Shown here: in pieces, positions 40,493 to 53,052 of the stretch
Numbering within the stretch: position 1 is the first letter of the stretch
How the letters are laid out: every line of letters starts with the position of its first letter
Origin: Oopsacas minuta
Taxonomy: Eukaryota > Animalia > Porifera
DNA: 64,000 bases
Direction: 5' to 3'
NCBI GenBank assembly: GCA_024704765.1
Contig: JAKMXF010000122.1
Coordinates: 248,001 to 312,000 of the forward strand
Notes under the pieces: generated by a model
Told to the model about the DNA's origin: nothing
Database searches by the model: none
The model's input: only the letters and a program-made list of their open reading frames with translations
Made by a program: the position numbers and the translations under genes

Positions 40493-41805
40493 CAGGGTGC
40501 GTTTTAAGTTCTGTCCCATAGTCAAATCCTCATAACTTTACTACAATAGATCTTTTACTATTTAAACTTTTATACCAGTTTACTATGATCAATACAATTA
40601 CATAATCGCACTGATTACTCAATATAACCTCCCTTGCCATGAATGACACTTGATATCCTGCCAGGTAGGGCCTCAACTGCAGCACGCAGTACATCTTGGG
40701 GTATTTTCTCCCACTCTTCTCGCAATTTTCGCTTCAAAGAGTCTATACTCTTGTGAGATTTAGCACAGACTCTGCTTTCGAGAATGGACCATACCGAATA
40801 GTCCATTGGGTTCAGGTCTGGGCTATATGGAGGCCATTGCTCTTTCTCAAAAAACATGGAATATTGCTCTGAAGCCAGGTTTGGGTAACATTTGATGTGT
40901 GAGCTGGTGCTCCGTCTTGTTGAAATACAAATGACCCACCATTAAACATGGTTTGGCTAAGGTTCTTCACTATGGGCTCTAAAATTAAGTCACGATAAGT
41001 TGTCGAGTTTATTTTTACGCCTGCTGGCACAAAAATTAGTGGCGTCCGACCAACAGCCGATATTCCAGCCCAAACCATTACTGAAAGTGGTTTTTGGACT
41101 CGAGGAACGTACTTCAGATCTGGATCAATAGTAGATGACTTGTGTGATTTAATCCTGTCGTTTTGAGGGTTCAAAGCTTCCTCAATGGTGAAAATCTTTT
41201 CGTCGGAGAATACAATTTTTTTAATATCATGATTTACGTGCCTACGTAATTGTCCTTTACATCTTTGAAGCCTCTTGACCTTTACTTGCTCACTTAGGAA
41301 GTGAACTCTCTTTCTTCTGAATGAACGCATGCCTAAGTTCACTTTCACAATTTTCCGTACTGAAGACTCTGATACTTTGAGTTCCTGAGCCATTTTCCTC
41401 ATAGAACGCCGTGGGTTCCTACGGATACGTTCCCGCACCAACTTTTGGAGTGCTGGAGTCGTTACTGAAGGGGGACGACCACTTCTTGCTTTGTCACAAA
41501 CTTCCCCAGTCTCGTTGTACCTCCGAATCGTAGGATAGACAAACTTACGTCTATTAGCGGGAATATTGAGCAACTTCAAAATTTCTTTCTGAGTCTTGCC
41601 ATTTTTAGCTAACTCAATAATAGCTGACCTTTCGTGTTCCATCAAATGAAAATACTAATACGTGAGAATGGTGTATTGTATAATAGGTATAGGTGCTAGC
41701 TAAACAATATAGTAAAAGAATCAACATAGTAGTATTAAGGATATGCTTAGAATATAGATAATACAATAAAACATAAAGATGGGACAGAACTTAAAACGCA
41801 CCCTG
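40493..41805 (-). mobile_element. maT (DD37D) transposon, left copy of inverted pair
   Basis: TA-flanked TIR cagggtgcgttttaagttctgtcccat; 1313 bp. Transposase 41645-40615 is split into two overlapping ORFs by one missing base. With the frame restored, 37 residues separate the second and third Asp (QDGAPAH...PDLNPMD). Confidence 0.96.
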
Positions 41806-42409
41806 TATACTTAATTCCATGCACATTGGATTTAATGTTATGGCCAACCATCTAACAGTCATATGGTAAATGCCGACTTTTCATATCCTGGAAATGCATG
41901 TTGATATGGTACCTATCAAAATTATGATGCAATCTTGAAAATGACCATATATAGCATTATCCATGACTGTGCAATAATCCTTGGGCACATCATATCAATG
42001 TATTATCAGGGTATGGAAAGACAGGCATATCGTATACGTTTGCAAGATGCTTGGACATAACATTAAAGGTTGTCAAGTTATAGGTGAATAATAGCAGAAA
42101 TGTGTCATCCATAGTCACTACTTACTCTGGAACCTGAGAACTATATTATGGCAAATTTGTGTCATTTTTTATAAAAACAACCTTGGATCAGTTGCTAATA
42201 ATTATCGTATGGACGAAGCGATAATAATCATTTGACAGAGGTTGAAAAATAGCGCATTTTTCACAACATATTCCCGTTTGAACCAATCAGATGATGTCAT
42301 TTCGACTTGTGACTCGTCGGATCACATGGCTTGTGCTAATTATCAACTAACAAAATACATTTATTGGGGTCAAAATGCACCAATTTTGTATTTTCCTGAT
42401 TATATTTTG

Positions 42410-42480
42410 CTTATCTGATTTAATGGACTTTAAGTAATCCATGGTTTTTATAGTTGTGAAGCCTTATAACGAAGGTCACG
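42410..42480 (+). mobile_element. Orphan P-element-type terminus
   Basis: ttaatggactt...atccatggt...ttgtga...ttataacgaaggtcacg matches the P2 right end. No partner end found. Confidence 0.65.
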
Positions 42481-43197
42481 ATATAGTATAATGATGAATA
42501 ATGCCAGTCTCTTTATTCACTAAAAGGTTGGGCACTAAGTTCATACTTTAGCTTTAGGTATATGTCTGGATTAAACAATGATGTTCAATTTTTTTCTGTA
42601 CTTTGCTGATTTACCACCCACCGTTTATCACACTTCGAAATTTTCCCACCCTGTTTTTTTTCGTACCCCTAGACTCGACTAATTAGAACTGAACTAGGAG
42701 TAAAGTGAAACCAGATCTATGAAAAATCATTTGGTTAACTTTTGGAAACCCGAAGAATGTGTTTGTATAGCTCTTCTTTATATTTTGTAAAACTTTCCAC
42801 CACATATTGTAGTTCTCTTACCTAGTTACCTGTGTCCTGATAACTTAACTCAGAGAATGATAAATGGATTGTGATTAGATACTGATCACAATTAAAGATC
42901 AATCAAATACCATTGATATTATTAGTTAACGCTACTTTATTATTCGTCGTATTTGCGGTAGCTACTGCTACCTCATTTTAAACATAGGTAATATATTGAG
43001 TATGGACAACTACCGGTTTTAACATTTCGCTTTAGTGTACTATAATTATAGGATTTCAAAATTCTGGTTGAATCTATAGTGAGTGAGTGATGCCACACCA
43101 TAGCATTATATACACCAAAGCTATGGCACTTTATCTATTATCCTGTCGAGTGACTGCAAAGTGTGACATAATTCATGATGAACTATAGTAACTTATA

Positions 43198-44510
43198 CAG
43201 GGTGCGTTTTAAGTTCTGTCCCATCTTTATGTTTTATTGTATTATCTATATTCTAAGCATATCCTTAATACTACTATGTTGATTCTTTTACTATATTGTT
43301 TAGCTAGCACCTATACCTATTATACAATACACCATTCTCACGTATTAGTATTTTCATTTGATGGAACACGAAAGGTCAGCTATTATTGAGTTAGCTAAAA
43401 ATGGCAAGACTCAGAAAGAAATTTTGAAGTTGCTCAATATTCCCGCTAATAGACGTAAGTTTGTCTATCCTACGATTCGGAGGTACAACGAGACTGGGGA
43501 AGTTTGTGACAAAGCAAGAAGTGGTCGTCCCCCTTCAGTAACGACTCCAGCACTCCAAAAGTTGGTGCGGGAACGTATCCGTAGGAACCCACGGCGTTCT
43601 ATGAGGAAAATGGCTCAGGAACTCAAAGTATCAGAGTCTTCAGTACGGAAAATTGTGAAAGTGAACTTAGGCATGCGTTCATTCAGAAGAAAGAGAGTTC
43701 ACTTCCTAAGTGAGCAAGTAAAGGTCAAGAGGCTTCAAAGATGTAAAGGACAATTACGTAGGCACGTAAATCATGATATTAAAAAAATTGTATTCTCCGA
43801 CGAAAAGATTTTCACCATTGAGGAAGCTTTGAACCCTCAAAACGACAGGATTAAATCACACAAGTCATCTACTATTGATCCAGATCTGAAGTACGTTCCT
43901 CGAGTCCAAAAACCACTTTCAGTAATGGTTTGGGCTGGAATATCGGCTGTTGGTCGGACGCCACTAATTTTTGTGCCAGCAGGCGTAAAAATAAACTCGA
44001 CAACTTATCGTGACTTAATTTTAGAGCCCATAGTGAAGAACCTTAGCCAAACCATGTTTAATGGTGGGTCATTTGTATTTCAACAAGACGGAGCACCAGC
44101 TCACACATCAAATGTTACCCAAACCTGGCTTCAGAGCAATATTCCATGTTTTTTGAGAAAGAGCAATGGCCTCCATATAGCCCAGACCTGAACCCAATGG
44201 ACTATTCGGTATGGTCCATTCTCGAAAGCAGAGTCTGTGCTAAATCTCACAAGAGTATAGACTCTTTGAAGCGAAAATTGCGAGAAGAGTGGGAGAAAAT
44301 ACCCCAAGATGTACTCCGTGCTGCAGTTGAGGCCCTACCTGGCAGGATATCAAGTGTCATTCATGGCAAGGGAGGTTATATTGAGTAATCAGTGCGATTA
44401 TGTAATTGTATTGATCATAGTAAACTGGTATAAAAGTTTAAATAGTAAAAGATCTATTGTAGTAAAGTTATGAGGATTTGACTATGGGGCAGAACTTAAA
44501 ACGCACCCTG
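43198..44510 (+). mobile_element. maT (DD37D) transposon, right copy of inverted pair
   Basis: 1313 bp, TA-flanked. ORF translations (43358-44191 and 44146-44388) are identical to the left copy, including the T6 frameshift. Two SNPs seen by eye (44316, 44489). Confidence 0.96.
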
Positions 44511-45337
44511 TAGTTGTATGGCTTTATATATCGAATGTCATAACTATACATATAATTAATTATAAATCGCTCATGGCATAGAATGAATTGTACATAGCAT
44601 ATCCACGTTAATATCTAAGATTGTGCAACTTTCGTGTACCAGCAGAACTACGTTTGTCCCTTGCATGTTATTCCAGTATATTTTAACACTAATTGTTGTG
44701 CATACATTTACCATAAATTAAAATAAGTCGACTAGAATAAGCCTACTCGTGCTAAATAGTAAATCATAACAGAGTATAATATCACAAAATAACCTTTTCG
44801 TCAAGAATGAGTGCGCCAGGGGCAACAACAAGTAAAATTTCCATTATTTAGTAATTCTGAAAATTTCTATATTTCGCCAGGTAGATGCGCTAGACAACAG
44901 TTTCGATGAGTGTGTTAAAAACAGAGGGGATATAATTTGCATTTTTGTCTTGGAAAGGGCACATTCACATATTTTACAGCACTATTAAGCAAAATATATA
45001 TGATTTAACACATGTGTCCAAATTTCAGTGAGATAATCTCAATTGCAGAAAGATTTTGGGACGGATGCAACTCTAAGATTATCATAATGCATTTAGCAAA
45101 GAATTTGAGAATATTTTGGTGGGAACAAAAATAATTTACGACATGATGTCTTTAGCGTTTTTCCTCCTTCTTATCTTTCAACTCGTTTTTACAACACCAG
45201 GACCTCCTCATTATATTCACAGATGGACAAAAGGGTGCCATGATATTACATACATACAGAGTCATTCATCAGGGAAAGAGCAGAAATTGACTCGCTTTGG
45301 GGGAAACAACTGCATATATACGTATCCATGACAAATA

Positions 45338-47351
45338 TCCATATCGTAATAGAGCAATAAATCTGTATATATATATATACATATATATACACTTATATAT
45401 ATTTATATTGGTGTGTTCAGAATTAATTGAAGAAACTGGAAGATCGCTAGAGCTGATTTTTGACATACACGAGTATTTTCGGCCTGGCTCGGTAAAGTTA
45501 GAGTCTTTGGGCGAAATGCAAAACAATTATGAAATTATGATGTAATTATACCTTTTAGGATTGCGAAAAAATGAACTTAATGGAAACTGCTTACCCAATA
45601 TACATGATAAAAATTGAAACTTGGAATCAAAGGTATGACACAATATGGTAAATCTACCGATGTCATTACTTTGAACAAATATCAGGGCGTTCAATAAGTC
45701 TTGTGGGTTATGATATATCTTAGGAATTAGTCAACTAATTTATCTAACTTTCATATATTGTAGGCCCTTATAGTTAAACTCCATATACTGAAAGTTTCAG
45801 ACTTATTCAATACAAAATAAAAATTTTTGAGATAGATACTTGTAGTCAATTTATACCCACTGTTGAATTTATCGCTTCAAAGGATGATAATTTCAACCTC
45901 AAATGGCGAGCTTAGATAGAGTTTCGCACAATACTCAAGATCCAGCCAGTACAGATCTTCAGTGAGTTACAGGAGATATTGTGTGTGGATTGCTCTTCCA
46001 GATCTATGGAGAGCGATGGGCTGCCCGTTTTGGATCTGGTGATGCTGATGTCACAGATTTGCCTCGATCTGGAGGACGGGTATCCGCCACCAATTCAGAG
46101 AATAACGCACTCATTGAAAGTATGGTCATGGAAGACAAGTACATTACTGTCAATCAATTACAACAAAGTATGGAGATTTCATCGGGAGCTATTCATACAA
46201 TTCTGACGACTGAGCTTGGCTACCGACCGATTTGTGAGAAATAGGTCCCGCATAAGCTCAGTGAGAATCAAAGGTTGGCACGACTGAATATTGCCAGGAA
46301 ACACTTGGAAACTTATGAGAACTGTGACTCTAGACGCCTAACAGAGATTATTACTGGTGACGAGACGTGGGTGTACTATTCAACACCATATAGCAAGTAT
46401 AAGAAGCGATCATGGGTGAGGGGCGACGAACAACCGACGAAATTCCTAGGCCTGACTTCAGAAAACCTAAAATTATGTATACCATCTTCTTCAGTAGTCA
46501 TGGAATTGTCTTGCAATTACCTTGTGAGAGTGGCAAGGCTGTTAGTGCTACTTTCTTTACAGAGCAAGTGCTTCTAAATTTGATAAAATATCTAGAAAAG
46601 TACCGCCGAAAACCGGAACTCGAGGAATGAAGATATTAATTAATAACGCCAGTTCCCATATAGCTAAGCTTACCAAAGATTCCTTGGATGTAGAAGGGTT
46701 AGAATTACTTCCCCATCCACCATACTCACCAGACCTAGCTCCGTGTGCTTTTGGCTATTCCCCAAGCTTTAAATCTACCTTCAAGGCAAAGATTTTAACA
46801 CATTAAAAGCACTCGGAAAGGGCCTGTACCAGTACCTCAAATCCATCCCCGAAGAAGAGTACAGATATGTGTTTTACAAGTGGGTGGAAAGGTTAAAACT
46901 TTGTGTATCTGCAGGAGGGGATTACTTTGGATATATGATATAGTGAATTAGTGTGTATAGTGTTTGTATCATATTCTATGATATCACCCGCAAGACTTAT
47001 TGAACGGCCTAGTACTGACTAAATATGGAAGTATTAAGTCATCATGTCTGTAAAAAATCCAAATTCCATATTAGGAATTTCAAGAGACTCGAGGCACGAA
47101 TTGCACCAGATTACTATCCCAAAGCGACAAAAAAGTTCCAGCGTCAGAAAATAAATCCTTTACTATGTTTGGGGTGAACCAAGGGTAACAAATTATTTAT
47201 ATTTTAGGTATTTTTTTAATTCGAGGCAAGTTGTGCCGAGTTTATTAAGTCGCTTAGAAACCAATCACACTATAAAATTTAGCTGTTGATAATTTAAGCT
47301 AACCAAAAAACTAACCTATTGCCTAGCTACTGATGTAGCGAAGCGAGCTAG
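45338..47351 (+). mobile_element. Non-autonomous Helitron-like element interrupted by a mariner
   Basis: 5' A|TCCATATCGTAATAGAGCAA. 3' hairpin gctac-tgat-gtagc (47326-47339), then ...GAGCTAG|T. About 680 bp once the mariner is removed. Confidence 0.7.
45682..47012 (+). mobile_element. Mariner (DD34D-type) element, decayed
   Basis: TA-flanked TIRs tcagggcgttcaataagtcttgtgggt / acccgcaagacttattgaacggcctag. Motifs *VPHKL, ITGDETW and HPPYSPDLAPC. Confidence 0.9.
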
Positions 47352-49345
47352 TAACATTAATATGCATTTATAAATATCACAAACTCATCAATTGTCTCGA
47401 AGGTTCCTGAAAGAGGACATAATTAACTATATTTTCTGTAATTCTAATCCAAAATGATGAATTGATAAATGCTGCCCCATTGTGATGAGGCGAGATAATC
47501 TGGGCTCCTTATGATGGGCTTGAGAGCCCAGGTTAACACAACTTTAACAAAATATGATAATAACTTGCATATACTAGTGATTAGAAACGAACAAACATGG
47601 CCAATGGCAAAAGGTGGAGTACAACTGATTGCTCTGCTTGGTGTTCTGCTACCCAAGATCACACAGGCGTTACGCCAAGGGTCATTATGAGATAATATTA
47701 TTAAACTACTTGTAAATAAATTGAATATTCAGTCACCAGACTGAAGAGTTCTGGATTTGATGGAATTTTCAAATCATATCAAATCGAATCAAATATATGA
47801 AATGATTTGAATAAAGAAACGCACAAGTCTATCAGTCATGGGGTGGTCTGTCAATTGTTGAGTCGGTTGTCAATCTTCAACTTTGTTAATGAATTTAATC
47901 ACCTGGACGAGAGAGCGTAGCAAGCGAAATACATTTATGTTGTATAGGGATTGATGCAACGAAGGTTGGCGTATATGTTACATTAATACTTGTGAATGGA
48001 TTCAGGGCTTTAAGAACAGATGTGTCGCCCAGGATGCAGATCCCCTAGTCACATTCGGTAGATGCTGCGCCCGTGATATGATGATTACTATAGTGCTTCC
48101 CACTCTTGGGCACTTGAAAGGTAAAATGATTTCTCATTCATTTCCATTTATTCTAGATATCTAGGAATTAGTGTATGAGTTTTTGTATTACAAAAACTTT
48201 AACATACCATAGTTAGGGAATTAGTTGATCACCTAATTAACAATCGTGATCACGACAAAAATCTTCATTAAATAATGGCCAAAAGGATCGTAATTATGCT
48301 CAGGATCAATATTCCAATCACTTTCCTGAAGATTAACATGTATGCACCTCTAATAGGAGATGGTAAATTATTTGTATCCTTCCGTTCGCACAGGCATGAG
48401 AAACCTACAAGTTCGAATACCATGAAAATAAGTAAATACATTTATATACATTTCGGGGTTCATATTCGTAAATTGTCTTATTATATGTGCAGTAAATGAT
48501 CAAATAAGTATAAAGAAAAATGATCGCGATATTCCATTAGATCAATGTTTATAAAAGATTTGAGATCATCCTCCGATAGTCAAAAAATTGATCCTGAGCG
48601 TGCACAAGCGATCAGTGATGTACTAATGCCTTAACTAATACTCAGCTTATATATTACGAAAATAGGACTAACTGTAGCTCGTAAATTTGTAACAAAGGAT
48701 GCAGTTTTAGCTGAACAAATCCCAATAAATGGTTGCTTTGGTTTAGAAACAGTGCTTTGTGCAGAATAAATTTTATTATATATATGTAGAATATCAAATT
48801 TTATAGCAATATCTTGTAAAAATTTCAGGAATATTCCAAAACATGTGGCTAGTAAGTAAGTAATTAGTAAATACATCCTTAGATGCAAAGGAAATATTGC
48901 ATGAATAATGTCAAAGTGAATATTTGAAGTGATCTAAACATAATTTTGTACAAAACACTAAAGAATTGTTATACAAAAGTAGCCTAGTTGTTGGGTTACG
49001 CTGGAGACCAATTAAGTCATTTTGATGAAAATTCAATTAAAACGAAGGAACGCAAAATTTATGGTTAATAAGAATAGCCAATTCACACAATAATCATCTA
49101 TCCATACCCTTGTAAGTTGTAATACATTTTGATATGAAATAAGTGAAAAATATTGCAAATCTTGAGAGTCAAATCCAATAGCAGAGTTAAAATACAACAG
49201 TACAATACATTTATACAGCACTTCTTCTAGACTATCTGTTCCATAATAATAGCATCAAAATCTGATCTGAGAGTTCATTGGGCATCTAAGTCCAATTAAT
49301 ACAATTAAAACGCAATTAATCTGTATGTATATATTTATCGATGCA

Positions 49346-49690
49346 TCTATATATATGATCGTAGATCCAGAATTGGTTGAAGAAATTGTAAGACACGAAG
49401 GGGATGACTTTTGGCTTAAAGGAGTTTATGGGCCTGGTTGGGACAAGTTCGAGTCTTGGACGAAAATATGATGCCATTGTCACTTTTTCGATTTGGAAAA
49501 ATCACAATATTAACCACTACTCAGGAAGTATGCATGATACATGTTGGAAAGTTGAATCACAGGTAGTCCTCAATGTGACAAATGTCCCGAGGTCAAGATT
49601 CTGATCAAAACTAACTCATCATTGGATTTTTATGTCCTCATAAATCTACTAAAAATGAAAAGTATCAAATATTTGAATTTCAGGATTTCT
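49346..49690 (+). mobile_element. 5' part of the Helitron-like family
   Basis: A|TCTATATATATG start and the conserved core gaattggttgaagaaatt...gggcctggttgggacaagttcgagtcttggacgaaaa. Confidence 0.6.
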
Positions 49691-50819
49691 GAAACCTGAG
49701 GCATAAGGGCACAGAATACTAAGTAGAGCAACGTAAGAGCTGCAATAATTGAAGTAGGAAGTTCCTTTTGGCTGCTTAAAGCAGTAGCTTCGAAATGTTT
49801 TCCAATTCGTTCGGATTTCGAGGATATCAGAGCTTCTTTGGTGGATTCTTCACCATCAACAGTCTCAGCAGGCTGCTATGAACTGTAGTGAGCAAAAATT
49901 AGTTACACCGAGTATTCCCCATGTCAAATAAGTATGAAGAATCAGCAGTAGTCACTTTCTTTGGATCAAATATGCTAAATAAAGAGACAAGTATTGTGAA
50001 AAACCGGCCTGATATGTTCGATTTCAGAATCGTGACGAAAGATTTAGCCACTCGTTCTTGGGAGGTAGCGATGCTTTCTGTAATGATCTGGATGTTGTAG
50101 CTTCTTCTATATCATCATTTGCATCATTTATTTTCAATACCAATTTTTCAGCAGGTCATATGACATGAACAAGTGTGTTGAGTGAGGTCAGCCAGAGAGG
50201 AGATAGCTGTCAAATCTATTCTCTTTATCTGGAGAGCTCTGCTCAACTTGGCAACTTGTGGCAGAGCATAATCGAGAAATACATTACCGACACAGTTCAG
50301 GGGTTACAGGGCTCTGCTGATACCTAGAGCTTCAGGTTCATATGTCAGCTCATAGATGTCGTTTAGAACGTTCACAATTGCGCTGTAGCTGGCTTATAAT
50401 GCCTTCATACCGCTTTCATGTGCCAGCGAACGAGTATATAACGGATTTCCAATCTGCAGATCTGGTATATCATCACCCACGCACCTATTTGAGACACTTA
50501 GCTCGCTCGGGAGAGCAGTGGAGAAAAGTCCAGAATGTGGCGAGAGGGACGTATACTCATATTCAACTAGTAAAATTAGCCGCTTGAACACATGCAAATT
50601 GAAGAAAGAGAAATGGCAGTGTACGAATACAACATGATGCGAATTATTCTTCAGGAGGCTCTGCATAATAATATGTTTCCCAGAGAGAGGTCCTGCTTCA
50701 TCAAATCCCATCCCAACGAGCTTGTTGATCTGTATGTTCTTGTCTTTCATGGACTTGATGAGGACAGAATAGATGTTTTTGGCATCAAGGGAACCATCTT
50801 TAAGAAGGATTCAACAGGT
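49690..50819 (-). pseudogene. hAT (ZMYM1/DUF4371-like) transposase remnant
   Basis: LVGMGFDEAGPLSGKH...VFVHCH; IGNPLYTRSLAHE (cf. SDTRWLAHE); LMPQVSEILK at the start of the dimerisation domain. Cut off at 50820 by another hAT end. Confidence 0.75.
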
Positions 50820-53052
50820 CAGTGGCGGCGCTAGCTTGGGACTAGATGGGGCTACCAACGAGATTTTTATCAGCCCTCAATTATCCCCATCAGCTAAGCT
50901 GGACTATCACTTTATCTAACTAGCACCATACGGATAATAAATTAGCAAACTATTGATTCCTCAGTTGTGAATCGATTATAATGGAAAATTATTGATTATT
51001 GATAAGATCTAAGTTGGAGAAGCTACCAAATTATTGTAATGCCCACAATTGTTGTGGCACGAATTTTATGACACAAACTGTGATCTTTAAAATGTAAAAT
51101 TGTGAATTCTTCTAAGATCTGGGTAGGATGAAAGTTAACCAAAATGAGGCAATTATTGTACTGTAATATTAAAACATTGTGTAATTAAGACGCTGATTCA
51201 TAATGGATTGTATAAAAGGGAAATAACATTATATATTATTAATAAATATTTTAGCTTTACTACAAACACGTTTTACTACATTTCAAATTCAAATGGATTC
51301 CTTTGAGAAGAGAAAGCGTGATGAGATTGAAGTGAACCAGCCAGAAACAACTCAGGAATTTGAAATGGAGGATTTAATAATTTAATATCCAGAAAATATT
51401 TACACTCACGAGCCTATACGTGCAAAAACGGCGGTGGATGTCTCTGTGGAGGGCGTCCCAGATATTGCACAGAATCTGTCTGAAGATCCAAGCAGCTGAA
51501 GTCAATCACTTATAAGCAAACCATGTTAGTCGGTCAAATGCGTTGCTTTCATAAAGGGTGGTACGTTGGTAGAGCTTGGCTTGAGTATTCTCAAATAATC
51601 GATGCCATGTTTTGCTATCCTTGTAGGTTATTTCAGGTAGCTGGTACTGGTCATAAGTTAAAGTGGACTTCTCTAGGTTTTTACAATTAGAAAATTGCGA
51701 TGGAGAAGAAAAATGGCATCAAACTTCATGAGGAGTCGTTATCTCATCTTGATTCAAAGCTCAAATGGTCAGGATACAAAGGTAGTCTTCCTACAGGAAG
51801 CATTGAGGTCATAGTTAGAGCACTGAGGGTGCAAGCTGTTCGAGATAATAGGCACTATATAAAAACAGTGGGTCAGGTAACCACTCACTGTGCTGTACAA
51901 GACCTTCCTCTCAGAGGTCACCGTGAGGGAAGATTGGTAGATGATATGGATGAAATCATTGACTCTGAGTTCAACTGCGGATCTCGAAATAGTGGGAAAT
52001 TTCTCGAAATTCTTACTGCGTTTGGTGTCCACGACAAGGTTGTCAAAGAGAAACTCAACGGACGTAGAAATGCTCAGTATGTTCATCACTCCATCTAGAA
52101 TTCGATATTGTCTATTCCAGGAAATTCTAGAAGAACTAAAGACGGCGAAGTATTTTTCTTTAATAGCGGACGAATCTAAAGATTGTGGGAAAATTCAACA
52201 AATATACGTTTGTGTAGATATGTCTATGAGGGTGTGTCGCATGAAGATTTCTTCAACTTCATCATAGCAGAAGGGGTAGACGCGAATTCGATCATGGAAA
52301 ATTTGAGTCATGTGCTGGCAGTTATGGGTGTCTGCTCTCGTGATCATATGGTTGCCCAGTGTAATGATGGTGTTTCAACAATGAGTGGACGATTACATGG
52401 TCTACAAGCACTTATGAGGAGTAAAGTATGCCCGATGGTCTTATATGTGGATTGCTGGGCACACAGGCTCAACTTTGTAGTGGTTGCTTGCTGCCGAAAT
52501 ATCGACAAAGCCGTGTCATTTTTTGCTAGCATTCAAAAGCTCTACACATTCCTCTCAATTTCAGTTCCACATGATTTCTTCGAGAAAACGTAGAAAGTCC
52601 TGGGTAGACATAAGGCGCAACATCGTGAATTGAAATCGTTTCCCAAAACTCGTTAGTGCTGTCAAGCAGAGGCTTTCTCTGCTGTGGCGCATGCTTTAGG
52701 AGCAATCATTCCTGCTACTGAGCATTTATGCTGAAGATACCAACGGGGATAGAAGAGCTGCAGCACAAGGTATCGTCAATTTTTATCGATACTGACTTCG
52801 TGGTCTGTCTTCAATTATTCAGAAAAGTTCTGACACAAACTTCATATTCGGCGGACTATATGCAGGATAAACACATGGCTATTAGCATTGCAGTTAATCA
52901 CATTGATGCACTCAAGATCTCTCTCTCTGGCGAGGATATATTGGATGAAATCTGGGATACCGCAAAGGCACTCTTAGATGAACACGCGATACCGCAGCCG
53001 ATAGAAAAACACCGTCGAGTATGTAGAGACGATGCTGTCAATTCTAGAGTGT
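50820..53052 (+). mobile_element. hAT (TTF zinc finger, DUF4371) transposon, 3'-truncated and decayed
   Basis: Left end cagtggcggcgc. Motifs AWLEYSQIIDAMFCYPCRLF, QDLPLRGHRE, FSLIADESKD, QCNDGVSTMSG and DCWAHRLNFVV. No right TIR found. Confidence 0.85.

Noticed and set aside
47440-48900. Fragments such as KIDPERAQAISDVLMP suggesting a retroelement pol remnant
   Set aside because: A single weak motif among many stops, with no RT or RNase H motifs nearby.
49447-49455. GTTCGAGTC as a Pol III B-box implying a tRNA or SINE
   Set aside because: There is no properly spaced A-box, cloverleaf, poly-A tail or TSD. The family ends (A|TC...CTAG) fit a Helitron better.
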